NCBI GenBank assembly: GCA_963827655.1
Contig: CAWHCF010000023.1
Coordinates: 224,001-288,000 of the forward strand
Length of the DNA stretch: 64,000 nucleotides
Origin: an uncultured Acidobacteriota bacterium
GTDB lineage: Bacteria > Acidobacteriota > UBA6911
Reading direction: 5' to 3'
This document shows, one piece after another, positions 59,111 to 64,000 of the stretch. The notes under the pieces are model-generated. The model was not told the DNA's origin. It did not search any database and saw nothing but the letters and a program-made list of their open reading frames with translations. The position numbers and the translations under genes are program-made. Each line of letters opens with the position of its first letter. Position 1 is the first letter of the stretch.

Positions 59111-60224
59111 ATGACAAACCTCCGCTCAATTCAGGACTGCGCAGCCGTGTTGATGGCGGCGCTCGTTGGCCCGGCCGGTGATACCAAGGCGATCTCCGAT
59201 GGTTCTGAACCGTGCCGTCAGCGAAAAACGCATCCCGGGTGCCGTGGTTCTCATCAAGCAGCGCGGAAAGATCGTCTTCGAAGAGGCTGCCGGTTACGCC
59301 GATCTTGAAAGCGGTCGCCGGATGCGAGGCGACGATATTTTCATGATCGCCTCGTCGACCAAGCCCTTTGCCGCCAGCACAATCATGGCTCTGGTCGACC
59401 AGGGCAAGATTCGTCTCGACGATCCCGTCGCGCATTACCTGCCCGCGTTCCAGGGAAAATCGACGATACGGCAGCTGCTGAGCCACACCTCCGGCATCTT
59501 CGGGAATGCCGCGAAGCCGGAACAACTCGAGTCCATCCGGAATTTCAACCGCAGCCTCAAAGAGGCTGTCGAGCTGATCGTGCGGCAACCGCTTGAATAC
59601 GCTCCCGGCGAAAAGTATTCCTACGGCGGCGCCTCTTTTTGCGTCGCCGGCCGGATTGTCGAGATGCTCACCGGCCTCGAATTCGATGGCTATATGCAAA
59701 AGGTGCTGCTGGAGCCGCTGGAGTTGCGCGAGACCTTCTACCGCGCAAATGAAAAAGAGAGTGCCGGGCGGTTTGCCATCGTTTACAGCAAGACCGGCGA
59801 TACCTTCCAGCGAACCAAGGCGATCACGGAACCCCCGGATCGCCCGGGCCCGCGGAGCAGCGGTTTCATTCTGGTTCCAGGCGGAATCTACTCGACCGCG
59901 CGCGACGCGGCGGCATTTCTCGAAATGCACCTCAACCAGGGGATGTACAAGGGGAAACGAATCCTGTCGGAATCCTCGACGCGGGAAATGCGCACGAAGC
60001 AAACCGGCGCGCTCGAGACCGCCTACGGGTTGGGCTGGCAACTATCCAGGCTGGGAGCCGGAGGGGTGGCTCTGTCGTTCGGGCATGGCGGCGCCTACGG
60101 AACCGACCTTTGGATCGACCTGGAAAAGAAGCTGGTCGGCGTGATCTTCACTCAAATGCCGATGGCGCAAGCACGCCCTTTCCTCACCGAGATCAAGGAA
60201 TGCATTGAAAAGACGATCCGCTAG
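59111..60224 (+). CDS. Serine hydrolase (beta-lactamase class C-like), frameshift near 59197
   Basis: SSTK (SxxK), LLSHTSG, PGEKYSY, GHGGA. Confidence 0.88.
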
Positions 60225-60239
60225 ACCCGAAGATTTTCT

Positions 60240-61673
60240 GATAAGAACGGTCAGGATCATCGCCGCGCTGCTGTTCCTGGGGCTGGGGGCGCAGGTCTCG
60301 AGCCGGCCGGCGCAGAAGATGTCTGGCCCCCAGATCCAGGCGGACGCCACATCATTCCACACGGCTTCGTAGTACTGACGGGAGATCTCGCAAGCGAGTA
60401 CAACTACACGCCGGCTGATTACCAGCGCATGGTCTCCCTGGGCGCAAACTTTCAGGTCATTCGAATCTTCGGCGGCGAGATGGGCGCCTGGCCCGGCTAC
60501 AGCCTGAAGCAAGGCTACCTCGACAAGCTCCAGCGCATGGTTCAGCTGGGGAAGAAGGCGGGCCTCCAGACCTCCTTCAAGATGACCATCTACGACATCA
60601 AGGGCTCGGGCAGGTCCGACACCAACGCCTACACGTTCTCCGAGGATGACTGGACCGATTTCTGGCTCAACAAGGCCGGCCGGCAAGAGATCATGATCGA
60701 GGCCTGGCGCCGGCTTTTCGAACACTTCAAGAATGAGCCTGCCGTGGTCGGTTACGATCTGCTCAACGAATCCAACAAGGGAAAACTCGAAATCGACTAC
60801 GCCAGGTACGCTTCGGACTACCTGGTTCCCTATTACCGCAAGGTCATCGACGTCCTGCACAAGGTCAGTCCCGGACAGTGGGCCATCTACCAGCCTCCCA
60901 TCGGCGCCCAGCCAATGCCCGTTCCCTTGGATCGGCCGAGGATTGTTTACGCGCCCCATCTCTATCCCGATTTCAGAGACTACCTGGCCAGCGGAGGAAC
61001 TCCCGATCCGTCAAAATATGCCCCGCTGCTGGATCGCGTCGAGCGCGAGGCCGCGCTTTCCAAGGCGCCGCTGTGCATCATGGAATACGGCAATCCGGCC
61101 CTCCTCGCCAACGATACAGTCCTGGAAAAACAGATCCTGCATGCCAAGGGGGAAAGGGCCGCGGTCGCCGAATTCGACCGGCGCGCCCTCGGCTCGGTGC
61201 GGCCCTGGTTCTGCGGGACCCGGCGGGTCAGCACGAGAGGAAACTTCAAGCTGACCTGGGGCATGTTCCTGGGCGATTCGGACGCTGGCGGTCCGGAACG
61301 CAAGTATATCCTGGACGTTTTTGCGCGCCCGATACCGCTGGTTACGGCTGGAAGAGTCGAGACCTTCGGGTTTGATTTCGCCACCCGGCATTTTGAAATG
61401 AAGTTCACGCCCGATTCAGCCAAGGGGGAATCGGAGATTTTCGTACCTCGCGAGCGGCACTTTCCGGACGGTTTTCGCGTGATCCACGGGAAAGGGCTCA
61501 CCCTGGTGTACGATCCATCGGCGCCGTCGGGCTTTCGAGTTATCACAAATCCAAACCAGCTTGACGCCACGGTCTACCGATGGGATGCCTCTCGAAGCCG
61601 GATCGTGGTCAAGCGGTGGGATACGACATCTGAACCGTTGACCTTGAAGATCGTACCCGGAACCAGGGATTAG
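60240..61673 (+). CDS. GH5 glycoside hydrolase (endoglycoceramidase-like); N-terminal boundary uncertain
   Basis: GRHIIPHG in frame upstream of 60429; GYDLLNE acid/base, YAPHLY, IMEYG nucleophile, RP.P...AG beta-sandwich C-terminus. Confidence 0.8.
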   Translation, partial: DKNGQDHRRAAVPGAGGAGLEPAGAEDVWPPDPGGRHIIPHGFVVLTGDLASEYNYTPADYQRMVSLGANFQVIRIFGGEMGAWPGYSLKQGYLDKLQRMVQLGKKAGLQTSFKMTIYDIKGSGRSDTNAYTFSEDDWTDFWLNKAGRQEIMIEAWRRLFEHFKNEPAVVGYDLLNESNKGKLEIDYARYASDYLVPYYRKVIDVLHKVSPGQWAIYQPPIGAQPMPVPLDRPRIVYAPHLYPDFRDYLASGGTPDPSKYAPLLDRVEREAALSKAPLCIMEYGNPALLANDTVLEKQILHAKGERAAVAEFDRRALGSVRPWFCGTRRVSTRGNFKLTWGMFLGDSDAGGPERKYILDVFARPIPLVTAGRVETFGFDFATRHFEMKFTPDSAKGESEIFVPRERHFPDGFRVIHGKGLTLVYDPSAPSGFRVITNPNQLDATVYRWDASRSRIVVKRWDTTSEPLTLKIVPGTRD

Positions 61674-61763
61674 CACCAACCAAGGGGCTTCGCCCCTTGA
61701 AATCCCCGCGCGTCCCCTGAGTCCGGTCCAAACTCCGGGAATCATCCCGCGCGCGGGGATTTG

Positions 61764-61797
61764 AGAAGTCAGAAGCCAGGAGTCAGAAGTCAGAATC
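61764..61797. repeat. Heptamer tandem repeat (CAGAAGT), single arm
   Basis: AGAAGTCAGAAGCCAGGAGTCAGAAGTCAGAATC; same unit as 29841. Confidence 0.65.
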
Positions 61798-61847
61798 CGA
61801 TTGAGTCGATACTAAGGCCTGAACTGTTTTGACGATAAGGAAGGACT

Positions 61848-64000
61848 ATGGCAATCCAACGAGTTTGTCTGATTCTCCTTCTCCTGGGCGGAATGCCGGC
61901 GGCGTTGCCGGGACAGATCGTCTCCGGGAGCATAGTGGGCTCGGTCACGGACCCGTCGGGCGGCACCATCCCCGGGGTGAAGGTCGTGGTAACGAGCCAG
62001 GAGACCAACCTTACACGGTCAACGCTCACCAATGACACGGGCGACTATTCGTTTCCCAGCCTCCCGCCCGGCCGTTATAACCTGTCGGCGTCGCAGCCTG
62101 GATTCAAGGAGGCGCTCGTCTCGGGCTTCGAGCTATTGATCGATCAGACGGCCCGCGTCGACCTGAGGCTCGAGGTCGGAAACCTCTCGGAACAGGTTAC
62201 GGTCGACGCCTCCGCCGTTCAGCTTCAGACGGAAAACCCGACTCTCGGCCAGGTGATCGAAGAGAAACCGATCGTCGACCTGCCGCTTAACGGCCGCAAC
62301 TTCGTGCAGCTGGCCAATCTCACGGCTGGAGTGGTTCCGGCGACCGCGACCAGCAACCCATCCGGCCGGCTCGGGCGCACCCAGATTGCCACGCATGTCG
62401 GCGGCGCGCGAGGGAGCTTCAATAGCTTCTTGATCGATGGCATGGAGAATCGCGGCGCGCGCTTCGGGGAGATTCCCATCCTTCCTTCGATCGACGCCGT
62501 CAAAGAGTTCAAGATTCAGCGCAACTACTACTCGGCCGAATACGGGCTGAATGCGAGCGTGATCAGTCTCACCATCAAGGGGGGAACCAACAGTCTTCAC
62601 GGCACCGTTTACGAATTCTTGCGCAATGACAATCTCGACGCCCGCCAGTTCTTCGACCGTGGCGATGCGCCTGAGTTCAAGCTGAACCAGTTCGGCTTTT
62701 CTCTCGGCGGGCCGATTGCGCAAGACCGTACCTTTATCTTCGGCGCCTACGAAGGCCGGCGGCAGCGGCGCGCGAACCAGGATTTCGCACTGCTGCCTGA
62801 TCCGCAATGGCTGCAGGGCGATTTCTCAAATCAGTCGATTCCGATCCGGGATCCCTTCGACGGGAACCGTCCGTTCCCCAACAACATCATTCCGCGGAGC
62901 CGGATTTCCCGGATCGCAGCCAACTTCAACCAGTTCATCCCCGCTCCCAATACCAACCTGCCTCAGGGAAATTACGAAGGCGCGCCATCGAGCAACGACG
63001 ATTTCGATCAGTACCACATCCGGATAGACCATCGTTTCTCAAGTTCCGACGCGATCTTCGGGCGCTACTCTTTCTCGAACTGGGACATTGCCAATCCCGG
63101 CCTGACGCCCTACAGGGGATCGTCGTTTCCGCTGGACGGCCAGAACGTGGTGATTCAGGAAACCCATATCTTCAGCGCAGCCACGGTCAACACGGTCAAG
63201 GCCGGTTACAGCCGTGGTGTTCTCGCCAGCGCTCTGGTCGCCGCCGATCGAGACCTGGCAAGCGAGGTCGTCGGCTTTCAGAATCTGGCGGTGACGCCCG
63301 CCGATTTCGGATTGCCGCAGATGAGTATGGCCGGATTCACCGCGTTGGGGCATGGCGATCAATACATTCCAGACATTGGACGAACACATATGCTCTGAGC
63401 GACACGCTCGCCATGTCGCGTGGCCGCCATAATCTCAGCATCGGCGGAGATGTGCGCCATGAGAGGATTCCGCAGATGACGACGAACGGAGCCAACGGGC
63501 GTCTTACTTTTACCAATCGATTTACGGGTTTCTCGGTCTCGGACTATGTAATCGGCGCCTTCACGAATGCTACCGCCCAGTCATTTACCTCGCCGGATGA
63601 CTTCCGTTTCACGCAGTACGCTTTGTTCGTACAGGACGATTTCAAGGCTAGTTCCAGGTTGACTCTCAACATCGGATTGCGGTGGGAGTACAACCAGCCC
63701 TGGAGGGAGAAGAGCGGAGGCGAGGGCTTCTTCGACCCGTCGATCCCGGGCATGCGGCTGGCGAACGATCCGAGCATCTACGGGTTCAACATCAAGGCGC
63801 CCTGGATTGTCGTCGGCGGTGTGAGACCCGGGGTGGTTCGTCCCGATTTTGCCGATTTCGCGCCCCGCTTCGGGATCGCGTATCGGGTTGCAGAAAACAC
63901 CGTCATTCGGAGCGGATACGGGATTTTCTATGCGATGAACATGGGCAACGACTCGGGCTCAGTCGCCATCAATCCGGGCAAATCGGTGAGCACGTCCGTG
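61848..64000 (+). CDS. TonB-dependent receptor with carboxypeptidase-regulatory-like N-domain (3' truncated; frameshifts near 63360-63380)
   Basis: GSIVGSVTDPSG, LPLNGRNF, YSAEYG, GTNSLHG..YEFLRN, NQFG..LGGPI; later FVQDDFK, LNIGLRWEY, FAPRFGIAY, RSGYGIFY. Confidence 0.92.

Overview
GC-rich bacterial chromosome segment, very likely Acidobacteriota (ADOP permease, PSCyt/DUF1501 pairs, carboxypeptidase-domain TonB receptor, Tat-tagged sugar enzymes). A housekeeping core (gatB, rnr, selA, csp, purH, gpsA, coaX, rlmD-like, comEC; about 14-30 kb) is flanked by accessory genes. About 13 genes carry single-base frameshifts, including purH and selA, which points to uncorrected long-read errors rather than pseudogenes. 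Main points of interest: (1) a stand-alone 1427-aa BrxC/DUF6079-type ATPase fused to a compact C-terminal PglZ-like catalytic domain, divergent from a TPR gene, with no BREX methyltransferase in the window; (2) a selenoprotein missed by the ORF track (PCYCxC lipoprotein, in-frame UGA giving UxxC, SECIS-like hairpin); (3) two dense families of short-period (7-nt and 8-nt) inverted tandem-repeat cassettes, one enclosing a probable four-helix-bundle remnant, one enclosing an MNT plus truncated HEPN, and some translated in frame; (4) the 3' end of a STAND-TM-pYEATS gene; (5) several MITEs and a consensus sigma-54 promoter. All family assignments come from motif recognition by eye; no database searches were run. 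No rRNA, tRNA, CRISPR array or transposase was seen.
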